Shown piece after piece: positions 35,360 to 45,188 of a stretch of 64,000 bases of DNA; the first letter of the stretch is position 1, and each line of letters opens with the position of its first letter. The stretch is from Patescibacteria group bacterium (GTDB lineage Bacteria; Patescibacteriota; UBA1384; XYA2-FULL-43-10; 1-14-0-10-43-13), in contig JBAYHC010000003.1 of the NCBI GenBank assembly GCA_041666325.1, forward strand, positions 95,102 to 159,101. Reading direction: 5' to 3'. The position numbers and the translations under genes are program-made. The notes under the pieces were generated by a model. It searched no databases, was not told the DNA's origin, and saw only the letters and a list, made by a program, of their open reading frames with translations.

Positions 35360-36652
35360 CTAAAGATTTATCAAGCCGACAAAAACACCACCATTGAAAT
35401 CAAATTTTTGGATAGTTCCATCTTTAACATTAATCAGGTAGACCTTATTTTCCTTGCTCTTGGCCTCTTCTGGTTTGTAGTATCGTTCTTTGGCAACAAC
35501 CAAATAATCGCCCTCTTGACCGTAAGAATAGAGATAATCAAACTCACCCGTAACTGAACCCTCCAGCTGAACCTTCACCAAACTCTTGTCTCTCACCTCG
35601 TACAGAAATTTATTGGTCGCCAGAAAAGCCTTGCCGTTTGTAGAGTAAATGACGTCAACGATATCTTCCTTGCCTCGATCTATGCTCGAAAATTCACCCA
35701 ACAGCTCGTTTTGTTTCTTGGCATCATCGTAAACAAAGACTTTGGTTGGAAGTGTCTCGCCAACGCCAGAGCCATAATTACCGACATGGCCAGCCACAAC
35801 AAGCCTGTTATCATCGATGAAATCAGCTGCAAGAAATTCAAAATTATCATCATCTATTCTAGGTGCGCCACTGACTCTGTCCCAATCAACATCTGCAAAC
35901 TTGCTAATGTCGCCGCTTGGCGTTAGAGCAAAGCTGTTGCCCGTCGCAATACCGGCTGATGTTGACCTGACCAGTCGCATGCCGCTCTTTGACCACTTGG
36001 TAGACCCACACCAGAGGGCTTCAACGCTTGCCCTCGCTCCCTTTTCAAGATTGAAATACCTATCCTCACAGAACTCCCAACCCGTGAAACCATATGTAAT
36101 ATAACGGTCGTGAGGCGAAAAAAACTTGATTCTATCGAATGAGGTACTGCTTACCTTGTCACCTGTTTTATTCATAACCTGCTGATCGATAACAGTATTT
36201 GACAACTGCTCGATAGTGGAATGATAAAGATAGCTCGTACCATTTAGCTCTGAGATCCAGGCGATTTCTTTGCCACTATTTGATATCTTGGCGTCCTGAA
36301 ACAATCCATCTCCCTGCGTTACAAAGTAGTTGTTCTCTGCCCTGCTATTGAGATTGACTTTTACGATACGATTAGTCGTCTTATCAAGATAGAGCATACT
36401 CTTCTCTTTGCCCTCTTCGGCGTCCAATACGTATGTATCGTCATTGGCCACAGCCCCACTTGATTCCTCGCTATCCGGATCCGAAACGGCCTCCGCAACA
36501 AGCGATCCATCGCTCGAAGCGACAAGACCTTCAGCATTCTTGCTCTGGATATACAAGCCTAGAAAATATGTGGCACTGCCAAAGATAACCATAACGAGAA
36601 CTATCAGACCAAAACTTTTCCAAACAAGCGTATTTTTCATATTAGTACTCAC
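35360..36652 (-). CDS. secreted/anchored beta-propeller-like protein (hypothetical)
   Basis: N-terminal TM/signal segment followed by 400 aa of beta-rich sequence. Follows the previous two genes in the same orientation. Confidence 0.5.
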   Translation of the reverse strand: MSTNMKNTLVWKSFGLIVLVMVIFGSATYFLGLYIQSKNAEGLVASSDGSLVAEAVSDPDSEESSGAVANDDTYVLDAEEGKEKSMLYLDKTTNRIVKVNLNSRAENNYFVTQGDGLFQDAKISNSGKEIAWISELNGTSYLYHSTIEQLSNTVIDQQVMNKTGDKVSSTSFDRIKFFSPHDRYITYGFTGWEFCEDRYFNLEKGARASVEALWCGSTKWSKSGMRLVRSTSAGIATGNSFALTPSGDISKFADVDWDRVSGAPRIDDDNFEFLAADFIDDNRLVVAGHVGNYGSGVGETLPTKVFVYDDAKKQNELLGEFSSIDRGKEDIVDVIYSTNGKAFLATNKFLYEVRDKSLVKVQLEGSVTGEFDYLYSYGQEGDYLVVAKERYYKPEEAKSKENKVYLINVKDGTIQKFDFNGGVFVGLINL

Positions 36653-36890
36653 TAATTTATCAAGCTATAGTATACCACAAAAGCCGAGTAGGCTGTACAG
36701 CAGTAAGGTAGCAGAAAAATAACGATTACTAAAAAATGTCCTGACCACAAAATGGCTCTAGCGGTTTCCCGAGGGTGTTGCGCCTCCAATCATCGGCCAC
36801 CTTGTCTTGGGCTCATTTAGCTCTACCTCACGACTAACGTGACCGATCTCAAGCCCCCTTGCCAACGGTGGCAAATGCCACCGCTTTTTT

Positions 36891-37496
36891 TTATTTGGCT
36901 TTGCGAAGAATTATCTCGAACCAATCCTGTCCCCTTAGATTGTTATGGTCGACTAGAATAACCTCATAATTATCACCCGCCAACCTTGCCACATCCCCTG
37001 GTGTGTAATAATAGTACGTTCGCACGCCAAAATTATCAGTTCTCGTGAATTCATGATATGGCCCGAGTTTTAATGAGATCAGAAAAATTCCACCAGGAGT
37101 CAGCGCCGAATGTGCCCGCACTAGAATATCTTCAAAATGTTCTTCGTCCATATGGATAAGAGAGGCAAAGGCGAAGATTATATCGATATCTTCGGGGAGA
37201 TCGCAATTCTCGATGTCCGCAACTTCGAATGAAGCCTCGGGTATTCTCTCCTTCGCAATTGCAATCAGCTCTGATGATAAATCAACTCCAAGATACTCGT
37301 CTGTTAGTTTGATAATTTCGGCCGCGTCGCGTCCCGTCCCGCAACCAATCTCAAGAACAGAAGGGCTGTCTTTTTTTACCAGAGCAAAGGCTTTCTTGAT
37401 ATCTTCAATTCGCGCACCCGCCTGATCAAATTTGTTAGCAAATGCCCGGGCGTTTTGGTCATAAGTCGCAATTGTTTGAGCCTTTTTATCCATTCC
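36891..37496 (-). CDS. class I SAM-dependent methyltransferase
   Basis: Motif I VLEIGCGTGRDA and post-I DLS; start placed at MDKKAQT. Overlaps the upstream rdgB by 11 nt. Confidence 0.75.
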   Translation of the reverse strand, partial: GMDKKAQTIATYDQNARAFANKFDQAGARIEDIKKAFALVKKDSPSVLEIGCGTGRDAAEIIKLTDEYLGVDLSSELIAIAKERIPEASFEVADIENCDLPEDIDIIFAFASLIHMDEEHFEDILVRAHSALTPGGIFLISLKLGPYHEFTRTDNFGVRTYYYYTPGDVARLAGDNYEVILVDHNNLRGQDWFEIILRKAK

Positions 37497-38031
37497 GTTT
37501 ACTCTCCAAATACTCGTTGAGCTTGCCAAAAGCAATTTTGCGCATAGATAAAGAGTTCTTTTCCACGCGCTCCATTTCGCCGAATGTCTTGTCGTGACCC
37601 TCCGGCACAAAAATAGGTCCCCAGCCAAAATCCAAATCACCCCGCGGCTTCACAATCGTGCCGCTTAGCGTTCCTTCGAAATAGTTTATCTCACCATCCA
37701 TGTCAATGTGCCCAACCATGACCCGAGTAATAGCCTGGTTGTCGCCCAGCTTCTCTGCCATGTTGGCCAGACCGTCGTTGCCGATAGTCTTTACAAACCA
37801 TTTAATAAAGGGTCCGGGCAAACCACCAAGACAATCCAAGCAGAGGGATGTGTCCTCAACCACAAACTCACCTGAGTGGTGCTTCCTGGCCTCCTTCAGC
37901 TTTTCCTCAATAATCTTCCTCGGATCAGTCTCCTGGATTTCCGGCAAATCAAGATCAAGCTGCTCAAGATCGGGAATCATCGCTTTAGCCTCGCTAAACT
38001 TATTAGCGTTGCCGGTAATAAAATAAATCAT
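37486..38031 (-). CDS. rdgB: non-canonical purine NTP pyrophosphatase (RdgB/HAM1 family)
   Basis: MIYFITGNANKFSEAK N-terminus, with EDTSL...GGLPGPF and FGWGPIF blocks. Confidence 0.8.
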   Translation of the reverse strand: MIYFITGNANKFSEAKAMIPDLEQLDLDLPEIQETDPRKIIEEKLKEARKHHSGEFVVEDTSLCLDCLGGLPGPFIKWFVKTIGNDGLANMAEKLGDNQAITRVMVGHIDMDGEINYFEGTLSGTIVKPRGDLDFGWGPIFVPEGHDKTFGEMERVEKNSLSMRKIAFGKLNEYLESKRNG

Positions 38032-38124
38032 TTTTCTCCTTGAATAATTAAGATAATCATATTGGTAACAAGTAAAACTTACAAGAACCAGAAAAGCCCG
38101 GCGGGGTTCCGCGCGGGCCATGCT

Positions 38125-39117
38125 TCACCTAAGGTGATTGAGCGGCAAGCCGTCGATCCAGCTGCCAATGAAATGGGCAAGGATAACAATTACCAAAGCG
38201 AGCGTAAGCTTCTGGCCGACCTCCTTGACCCAGGGTTTCCATGTCGCAAGAGCCAGCATGGTTTGAATCAAAGCTATGGTCAAAAATCCGACAAACAAAT
38301 TGACCACGATTGCCGACCTGAGCGGCATGAACAAGACCGGAAGCAACATGACTATAGCCATAAGAGCCTTGCCGGCAAATGTACCCAACGCATATCGCAC
38401 GGATTGACGCTTACTTGCGCCTTCGGCGATTTTGCTGAAATACATGCTGCCGCCATCGGCCAGCGAATCTGCGAAGGCGGCGGCGGCCATTGCCTTGATA
38501 ACAAACTCCTTGCCAGTGCCACCAGACGCGACGCCAATAAGCACGCCGGCAATAGTCATGACTCCGCCACAAACACCAAACATCGCTTCGCCAATCAGAC
38601 CATGCACCCTGATAACACTCTGGCGCCAGGCCGGAATCTTCAGCTCAAGCACCATATCAAGGTAGCTCTTCTTGATGGCCTGCTCCTCGGCAAAACCAAG
38701 TAAAGCCAGGATTCGAAAGAGTTCTTCCTCAGAGTCAACTTCGCTCACCTCAACAAAGCTACCCAATCGCTCGACGCAATCGATGGAGATGACAGCGCCT
38801 TGAAATCGGTACATCTGACTAGCGTTGCGTACTTGAGCCACAACACCATGCCGACGCTTCATCTGCTCTGCTTGGGCAGTAGTGATTGGCTGTTCCTCAA
38901 GAATGTCCTTGACCCGCCCCACTACACCAACATCGCTACCCTTGACTGCGTAAGTGCGACGATCACCCTCTTCACGAATGCGATGGCTGTTGCCATCATC
39001 GATTGCAAGGTAAGAGTCAACGCTAAAGGTATCAGCAAGATGAGTAGCGCCAAGGCCAAAAAGGACTTTGGGATCAATCGTACCAGAAACCTTAATCTGA
39101 TATTCCCGCCGAGGCAT
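38125..39117 (-). CDS. CYTH-domain / VIT1(CCC1)-family membrane domain fusion protein
   Basis: N-terminal EYQIKV...CYTH (triphosphate tunnel) signature. The C-terminal ~150 aa have 4-5 TM helices resembling the VIT family. AGAGGAGG RBS. Confidence 0.55.
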   Translation of the reverse strand: MPRREYQIKVSGTIDPKVLFGLGATHLADTFSVDSYLAIDDGNSHRIREEGDRRTYAVKGSDVGVVGRVKDILEEQPITTAQAEQMKRRHGVVAQVRNASQMYRFQGAVISIDCVERLGSFVEVSEVDSEEELFRILALLGFAEEQAIKKSYLDMVLELKIPAWRQSVIRVHGLIGEAMFGVCGGVMTIAGVLIGVASGGTGKEFVIKAMAAAAFADSLADGGSMYFSKIAEGASKRQSVRYALGTFAGKALMAIVMLLPVLFMPLRSAIVVNLFVGFLTIALIQTMLALATWKPWVKEVGQKLTLALVIVILAHFIGSWIDGLPLNHLR

Positions 39118-39393
39118 CTCGCCCTCCTCTCTGGTACAAGCCTCTGTCAGAAAAAAAGAGGCACCGCCTCCGAGATAATACAATAACATATTTTGTCTGT
39201 TTTGACTAGACCATATCTAGGGGATCTTCTTGCCAGTTACCGCTCACTTTAGTATGTAAGATTTTATAATTATCAAACACTGATTTCTCGGCCAATGATT
39301 CCTTTGCGACAATTGCGTGGTGCATGCCTGGCCCTTGTTTTAATATAAACGCTTACTTACAATATATTATATAAGAAATAATAAAGGAGACCA

Positions 39394-40023
39394 ATGAATT
39401 ATTTGCCAGAGTTTGTGACAGTTGTGCTGATCCATCTCCTAGCAGTGATGAGCCCTGGCCCTGATTTTGCCATGATCAGTCGCAACAGCCTGGTCTATTC
39501 GCGCAAAATAGGCATCTACTCAGCCCTCGGCCTAGCGCTTGGTATCATGATCCATGTTACCTACTCCCTTGTCGGTATTGGCTTCATAATTTCTCAATCA
39601 ATCATTCTTTTCTCGACCATCAAACTACTAGGCGCGGCCTATCTAATCTGGATCGGCTACAAATCTCTTAAGGCTAAACCGGTCCAGCAGAGCGCTGAAC
39701 GAAATTCTCAGAGCAAAGTCATCAGCAGAAGCAATGCTATTCGCATGGGCTTGCTTACTAATGCGCTAAACCCAAAAGTAACCCTCTTCTTCTTGGCACT
39801 ATTTACGCAGGTTATCAATCCGGCCACACCGCTCGTGCTCAGAATCGCCTATGGCCTCGAGACATCCCTGATGACATTCCTCTGGTTCTCGTTTGTTGCC
39901 ACCGTTCTTTCCCATCGTAAAATAAAAGAACGCTTCCAGGCCGTTCAACATAAAGCCGAAAAAGTCTTTGGGGCATTATTATTTGCCCTTGGTCTCAAAA
40001 TCGCCCTCTCTAAATCGCGATAG
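39394..40023 (+). CDS. LysE/RhtB family amino-acid exporter
   Basis: The N-terminus FVTVVLIHLLAVMSPGPDFAMISRNS is the classic LysE motif; 6 TM helices. Confidence 0.8.
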   Translation: MNYLPEFVTVVLIHLLAVMSPGPDFAMISRNSLVYSRKIGIYSALGLALGIMIHVTYSLVGIGFIISQSIILFSTIKLLGAAYLIWIGYKSLKAKPVQQSAERNSQSKVISRSNAIRMGLLTNALNPKVTLFFLALFTQVINPATPLVLRIAYGLETSLMTFLWFSFVATVLSHRKIKERFQAVQHKAEKVFGALLFALGLKIALSKSR

Positions 40024-40085
40024 ACTCACCAGATCAGTTGATATCCTAAAGATAATTCTGATAATATTGGCTCGGGAGGACAAGA

Positions 40086-40228
40086 TGACGGTAGGAATGC
40101 GGCTTCTTATCGCTGGATTACTCTATGTTGCCATCTGCATAGCTAGTTCAAAGTCTTATCCAGGCCGGACAGAAACGCCCCTTCTCTTCTTTCCTAACAG
40201 TGCAAAGATTATTACGCACAGCCGTTGA
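40086..40228 (+). CDS. small membrane peptide (47 aa, hypothetical)
   Basis: GGGAGGA RBS. Encodes MTVGMRLLIAGLLYVAICIASS... and is followed by a terminator. Confidence 0.25.
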
Positions 40229-40249
40229 TTGTTCTCTCTTGCACGGCCG

Positions 40250-40277
40250 ACGCAGACACTTGTCTGCGTTTTTTTGT
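40250..40277 (+). terminator. rho-independent terminator
   Basis: ACGCAGACA-CTT-GTCTGCGT followed by TTTTTTTG. Confidence 0.6.
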
Positions 40278-40318
40278 AACAAAAAGGAGAGCAATGACAC
40301 TCTCCACAAGAAAACCAA

Positions 40319-41182
40319 TCAACCAGTGACCGGCGAAAAATCCGGCTCGAGTCCATAGTCATTCCATGCGCCCAAGACACCAAGGGCTATCTCGTCTGGA
40401 CTGTGGAAATCAGAACCAGCTGTTTCAATCAACCCCAGTTTTTGAGCCTGTGCATGAAGATTTAGGGTCAATCCCTCGCTGTGTGAAGTATAGAAAACCT
40501 CAACGCCGTCAATGCCCAGACTCTTCATATGACGCAACTCTACGCCACAATTCCAATCAAAGTTGCGGTATGTCCAGCCGGGGTGAGCCAGTATAGCCAG
40601 ACCAGATGCACCATGGATCAATTCAATCGCCTCCGACAGCGAGAGCTTTTCCCTGATCACATAAGCAGGCTTGCCCTCATTGAGATAAGCGTCAATGAAT
40701 TGACCGGTGTTCGCGATCCCCTCTCGCCGCAACCTCTCTGCGTTCTCCGACCTGCCAAGTATAGCCTTAGCAATATGAGGCTTGCCAGGAGATTGACGTC
40801 TCCGTGAGCAAATCTTCGGCGTATCTACGACAAAGCCAAGATCTTGCAAAATACCGAGAATGGTCCCAAAACGCTTAATCCTGGATTGGCGCACCTGCTC
40901 AAGTCTATCTCTCAGTGCGCTATTGTCAGGATCAATACGGTAGCCGAGGATATGGTAATCGTCCAGGCACCCCATCGTAGCCGAAATCTCGACAGCTGAG
41001 ATAACACGAATACCCATTGTCTGGCCAAGCAAAAGGGATGGCCGAACCTGCTCCAACGTGTCATGGTCAGATATGGCCAAAGTCGTGACGCCAGACTCAT
41101 GCGCCCTCGCCATCAAATCAGGAACAGACAACGCACCGTCGGAACAGTCTGAATGCGTATGAAGATCAACCGTGTGCAGCAT
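40319..41182 (-). CDS. PHP-domain metal-dependent phosphoesterase (TrpH/YciV-like)
   Basis: VDLHTHSDCSDG...ISDHDT N-terminal PHP motifs; 287 aa. Confidence 0.8.
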   Translation of the reverse strand: MLHTVDLHTHSDCSDGALSVPDLMARAHESGVTTLAISDHDTLEQVRPSLLLGQTMGIRVISAVEISATMGCLDDYHILGYRIDPDNSALRDRLEQVRQSRIKRFGTILGILQDLGFVVDTPKICSRRRQSPGKPHIAKAILGRSENAERLRREGIANTGQFIDAYLNEGKPAYVIREKLSLSEAIELIHGASGLAILAHPGWTYRNFDWNCGVELRHMKSLGIDGVEVFYTSHSEGLTLNLHAQAQKLGLIETAGSDFHSPDEIALGVLGAWNDYGLEPDFSPVTG

Positions 41183-41314
41183 ACAGCTTTCCTCCCTCTC
41201 TTTGTTGCGCGGTTATTAAATTAGAGCATATTTTTGGCCTGTTATCAAGAGGGCTATCTTGACATCGGTCAGGAAGGGAATATAATGTCTTTTCAGAGCA
41301 AGAGGAGGTACAAG

Positions 41315-41770
41315 ATGCCACGGCCATCATGGAAAGCCCTGACTGAGCTTGCATCCGAAGCGATGTTCAGCGCTCTCGAGCAGGAATATGGGATTGCCCA
41401 ACAGATCGCCGAACAAGTTGACGGTTACTGCATCGACTGGATTGATCGTTTGCCAAAAAGAAGCCCGAATGTCAATTTGGCGCTCGATGCCTTGATGAAT
41501 TTGGGCTGTTATTTCTGGCCGCAGTGGCCTGAGGGCATTCACAGAGTAGTGATGGAGTACGGCGGCATCGCAGTAGCCGCAAACTTTATCTTCAACAATA
41601 TCCCCCACTGGTCGATTAAGGGCTATCCAACCGATAAGCCAGATAAGCTTGTCTACTTGGTTGCGGAACGCACGGTCATTGCCAGCCTGGACAGCGCAAT
41701 CTTTTGGTCACAAATCCCAATGGTATCCGGCGTTCAGCTAACTAATTGGGAGATGGCCAATCTTCACTAA
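41315..41770 (+). CDS. hypothetical protein
   Basis: Strong AGAGGAGG RBS before MPRPSWK; 151 aa; no motif. Confidence 0.5.
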   Translation: MPRPSWKALTELASEAMFSALEQEYGIAQQIAEQVDGYCIDWIDRLPKRSPNVNLALDALMNLGCYFWPQWPEGIHRVVMEYGGIAVAANFIFNNIPHWSIKGYPTDKPDKLVYLVAERTVIASLDSAIFWSQIPMVSGVQLTNWEMANLH

Positions 41771-41774
41771 CCGA

Positions 41775-41801
41775 CGCCCCAGTCCTTTGGGGCGCTTTTT
41801 T
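41775..41801 (+). terminator. rho-independent terminator
   Basis: CGCCCC-AGTCCTTT-GGGGCG followed by CTTTTTT. Confidence 0.6.
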
Positions 41802-42015
41802 AGAGCCTGTTTAATAACTGCTCCTGAAGGCAGAAGCGAGCAGATTTCGAGCCCCACCGAGAGTCTCCAAGACTGCCATTTGGGCGGGCCCCTCTGTGGG
41901 GCGAAAAACAGGAATTGAGAGGAGAGCTAGCCAAAGCTAACTTAACGAACAATTCGTGTTTTGCAGCCGGAATATGCCGGTTATGGCTATCGGATGTAGT
42001 TATTAAACAGGCTCT
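41802..42015. mobile_element. MITE-like element with 20-bp terminal inverted repeats (putative)
   Basis: Left arm AGAGCCTGTTTAATAACTGC (41802-41821); right arm GTAGTTATTAAACAGGCTCT (41996-42015); 19 of 20 complementary. The 173-bp non-coding core contains internal hairpins. The element fills the whole gap between two convergent genes. Confidence 0.45.
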
Positions 42016-42019
42016 TAAA

Positions 42020-42643
42020 TTAAGATTTACCAAGAGTACCAAAAAATGCCGGCGAAAGATCTTCGGCATCCGATAAATTAACGGAACATAGTTGGAACAC
42101 CTCGTCCAAGATGGCAAAAGTTGACCTGAGTGCCGCAAGAACAGTGTCAGACACATCGTACGCGATCTCTATCCGATACAGCCAGCGAGGATCCTTCCTC
42201 CAATTCCAAGTCGTAAGTCCGCGGATGTTATCAACGCTACCGTCCATCTGGCTTATTATCTCGATTAGAACATGCTCAAAAACATGAGCGACCTCAGTAT
42301 CAAGTAGCTCATCGGCAAAAGAATTACCCAAACCATTATCGCATTTATGGAATCGTAGTTCCGGCATCTTCGATAAAATCGCTTCACGAAACCCCGGCAT
42401 CTGCGAAGTTTTAATCGAATCAGGTGAAACAAGAAGAGCAATAAAAGACTTTCCTTGTTGAAAGTCGATAGCACTTATATGCAAATAGACTCCTTTGTGA
42501 TCGAGGATATCACAAAGCGTTTTTTTCTTCCAAGAAGAGACAAACTGATAGATGTTGATAATTAGTACGACTAACTCTTTTTTGCTACGAATTAGGGGTC
42601 GAGCAAACGCTGAGGTCTCTGCCTGACCGAAGGTTTCGAGCAT
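42020..42643 (-). CDS. hypothetical protein
   Basis: 207 aa, no motif; adjacent to lon. Confidence 0.5.
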   Translation of the reverse strand: MLETFGQAETSAFARPLIRSKKELVVLIINIYQFVSSWKKKTLCDILDHKGVYLHISAIDFQQGKSFIALLVSPDSIKTSQMPGFREAILSKMPELRFHKCDNGLGNSFADELLDTEVAHVFEHVLIEIISQMDGSVDNIRGLTTWNWRKDPRWLYRIEIAYDVSDTVLAALRSTFAILDEVFQLCSVNLSDAEDLSPAFFGTLGKS

Positions 42644-42656
42644 GACGGAACCAATG

Positions 42657-44954
42657 TCACTTCAAGGCAACATCAATCGCCTCATCAGCGTTTTCAATTA
42701 ACATAAAGTCAATCTTCAGCCTGGCCTCTTCTGGCACATCAACAAGATCTTTTTCATTTGCCTTCGGCATAACGACTTTTTCTACTCCGGCACGATATGA
42801 TGCTATAATTTTTTCCTTTATACCTCCTACCGGCAGAACCTTTCCTCTCAACGTTATCTCGCCTGTGAAGGCGATCTCTTTTCTAACTTTTCGCCCCGAG
42901 AGAGTCGAAGCTAGAGCAACAGCAATCGCCACTCCGGCAGAAGACCCATCTTTGGGCACCGAACCGGCCGGAACATGAATGTGCACATCAGAATCTTGAT
43001 AAAATTTTGGATCAAAAGCCAATTTCTTGCTTTGAGACCGAACATAAGTTAGGGCAGCTTTGGCAGACTCCTTCATTATATCCCCAAGCTGGCCAGTAAG
43101 TGTTAGCGCTCTCCTGCCCGGTATCACTGATGACTCTATAAATATTATCTCTCCCCCAACCGGCGTCCAAGCCAAACCAGTTGCTACACCAATCTCGTCC
43201 TTAATCTGCCTGACTGTCACCTCAAATACCTCAGGGCCCAGGTATCTGGCTAGATCTTGTACAGAGATAACTAAGGCAGTGTTGCCGCTCTCCTCTTTTT
43301 CCACAATAGACCGAGCGACCTGGCGAGCGACTTGGGAAATTTTGCGCTCAAGATCGCGGACACCTGCCTCCCGAGTATAGCGAGAAGCTATTCTTTCTAT
43401 GGCTTCATCAGTCAGCAAAAAACCGGTATTTTCCAATCCGGTATCTTTGATTACTCTCGGAAGCAGATACTTTTTAGCGATCTGAAACTTCTCCTCATTC
43501 GTATAGCCAGAAAACTCGATCAGCTCCATCCGGTCTAGCAATGGCGCCGGTATCGTATCGGCAATGTTAGCCGTTGTAATAAAAAACACATCAGAAAGAT
43601 CAAACGGAACATCGAGATAATGATCAGTAAAACTATTGTTCTGTGCGGGATCAAGCACCTCCAGAAGAGCAGAAGCAGGATCACCACGGTAGTCAGCCCC
43701 GACCTTATCAATCTCATCGAGCATAAAAACCGGGTTTTTGGTTCCAGCGCGACGTATGCCCTCGATTATGCGCCCAGGCATAGCACCGACATAAGTTCGG
43801 CGATGACCCCGTATCTCACTCTCGTCTCGTATACCGCCGAGCGACATGCGAGCAAAGCTCCTGCCCAAGGCCCGTGCTATCGATTGACCAACCGAAGTTT
43901 TGCCCGTTCCTGGAGGACCAATGAAACAGAGAATGCTACCGTGGGCATGATTTCCAGTTAGCTTCTGGACAGCCAAGTACTCCAAAATTCTCTGCTTTAC
44001 TTTGTCCAAACCGTAATGATCATGATCAAGAACTTGCTCAGCCTTGTGTATGTCAATTTTGCTTTCGCTCTTCTTGCTCCAAGGTAGATCCGAGAGTAAC
44101 TCAAGGTATGTAGAAATATACGGAGCCTCGGGACTCACTGCTGGCATCCGCCGCAACCGCTCAAGTTCCTTAAGTGCCTGATCCAGAACATCTTGTGACA
44201 TACCGGCATGTTTCAGCTTATCCTCCAATTCGGCATATTCACCCAAACCCTCGGTATCACCTAGCTCCCGTTCAATCGCCTTCAATCTCTCGCGCAAGAT
44301 AAATTCTCTCTGAGCCTTGTTGACCTCATCGCTGACTTTCTTCTGAATCGTCTCCTCTGTTTGAGCAATATTTATCTCTTTAGCCAATTTTTCATTAAGA
44401 AAATCCAATCTCTGCTGAAGGTCTAGTGTTTCAAGAAGGTGAATTTTGTCCTCAAACTCCATCTTCATCGCCGAAGAAATAATGTCACTCATCTTCTCAG
44501 GTGGCAAGCTCTGATCCTGCAACACACTCGCTGTCTCAGCCGAAAGGGTCCCCTCAATCTTCACCAAGCGGTTAAATTGGTGAAAAACGCTCCTGGCCAA
44601 AGCCTCAAGCATTGTACTCTGCGACTGTTTCTCCGGAATTAACTCTAATACCTCAGCCTTCTGGATTATTCCCTCTTTATAAAGGCGAGATATTTTTACC
44701 CGTCGTATCCCCTCAAGTGAGGCTCCCATGATCTGAGGATTGACTGCCCAATACTGGAGTATCCGGCAAATCACACCAATGTCGCTACTGCGATCGCCCC
44801 TGCTAAAATTAAGCACCACCTGGCGATCACTGTTGGCAGCGGTATTGAATGTATCGACAATATCTTGACCCTCGAGGATCATGGGGACGACCGTAGAGGG
44901 AAAAATTACTGTCCCACTCAAAGTAATGGCAGGGTAGATATTTCTATGGAGCAT
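42657..44954 (-). CDS. lon: ATP-dependent Lon protease
   Basis: Lon N domain, AAA+ module (GPPGTGKTS Walker A, DEIDK Walker B) and the S16 catalytic PKDGPSAG-type motif (VPKDGSSAGVAIAVAL). Confidence 0.95.
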   Translation of the reverse strand: MLHRNIYPAITLSGTVIFPSTVVPMILEGQDIVDTFNTAANSDRQVVLNFSRGDRSSDIGVICRILQYWAVNPQIMGASLEGIRRVKISRLYKEGIIQKAEVLELIPEKQSQSTMLEALARSVFHQFNRLVKIEGTLSAETASVLQDQSLPPEKMSDIISSAMKMEFEDKIHLLETLDLQQRLDFLNEKLAKEINIAQTEETIQKKVSDEVNKAQREFILRERLKAIERELGDTEGLGEYAELEDKLKHAGMSQDVLDQALKELERLRRMPAVSPEAPYISTYLELLSDLPWSKKSESKIDIHKAEQVLDHDHYGLDKVKQRILEYLAVQKLTGNHAHGSILCFIGPPGTGKTSVGQSIARALGRSFARMSLGGIRDESEIRGHRRTYVGAMPGRIIEGIRRAGTKNPVFMLDEIDKVGADYRGDPASALLEVLDPAQNNSFTDHYLDVPFDLSDVFFITTANIADTIPAPLLDRMELIEFSGYTNEEKFQIAKKYLLPRVIKDTGLENTGFLLTDEAIERIASRYTREAGVRDLERKISQVARQVARSIVEKEESGNTALVISVQDLARYLGPEVFEVTVRQIKDEIGVATGLAWTPVGGEIIFIESSVIPGRRALTLTGQLGDIMKESAKAALTYVRSQSKKLAFDPKFYQDSDVHIHVPAGSVPKDGSSAGVAIAVALASTLSGRKVRKEIAFTGEITLRGKVLPVGGIKEKIIASYRAGVEKVVMPKANEKDLVDVPEEARLKIDFMLIENADEAIDVALK

Positions 44955-45047
44955 AGTCTCCTATCTGTCGAGGGTCAGTATCTGATAAAGCGATGGTCAG
45001 GCAACCCCTGGCCTCGCATCGGGTAATTCGATTGTCTTAATGGTGCA

Positions 45048-45187
45048 TATCACTTTCTTTTATTGCGCCGCCCCTCCTGCTCTTGGCGCTTGCCTTCCTC
45101 GATCCATTGCCTCACTTTCTCTCCGCCCTTTCGGCCAGCTTCTTTTACCGACATATTTCTCTCATCGTCTCCCTTTTTTCGAACCAT
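45048..45187 (-). CDS. KGG-repeat stress-induced small protein (45 aa), paralog 2
   Basis: GGAAGGAG RBS. Encodes MVRKKGDDERNMSVKEAGRKGGEKVRQ...; shares MSVKEAGRKGGE with the upstream paralog. A ~40-bp DNA direct repeat (45117 / 45318) underlies the duplication. Confidence 0.5.
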
Positions 45188-45188
45188 G

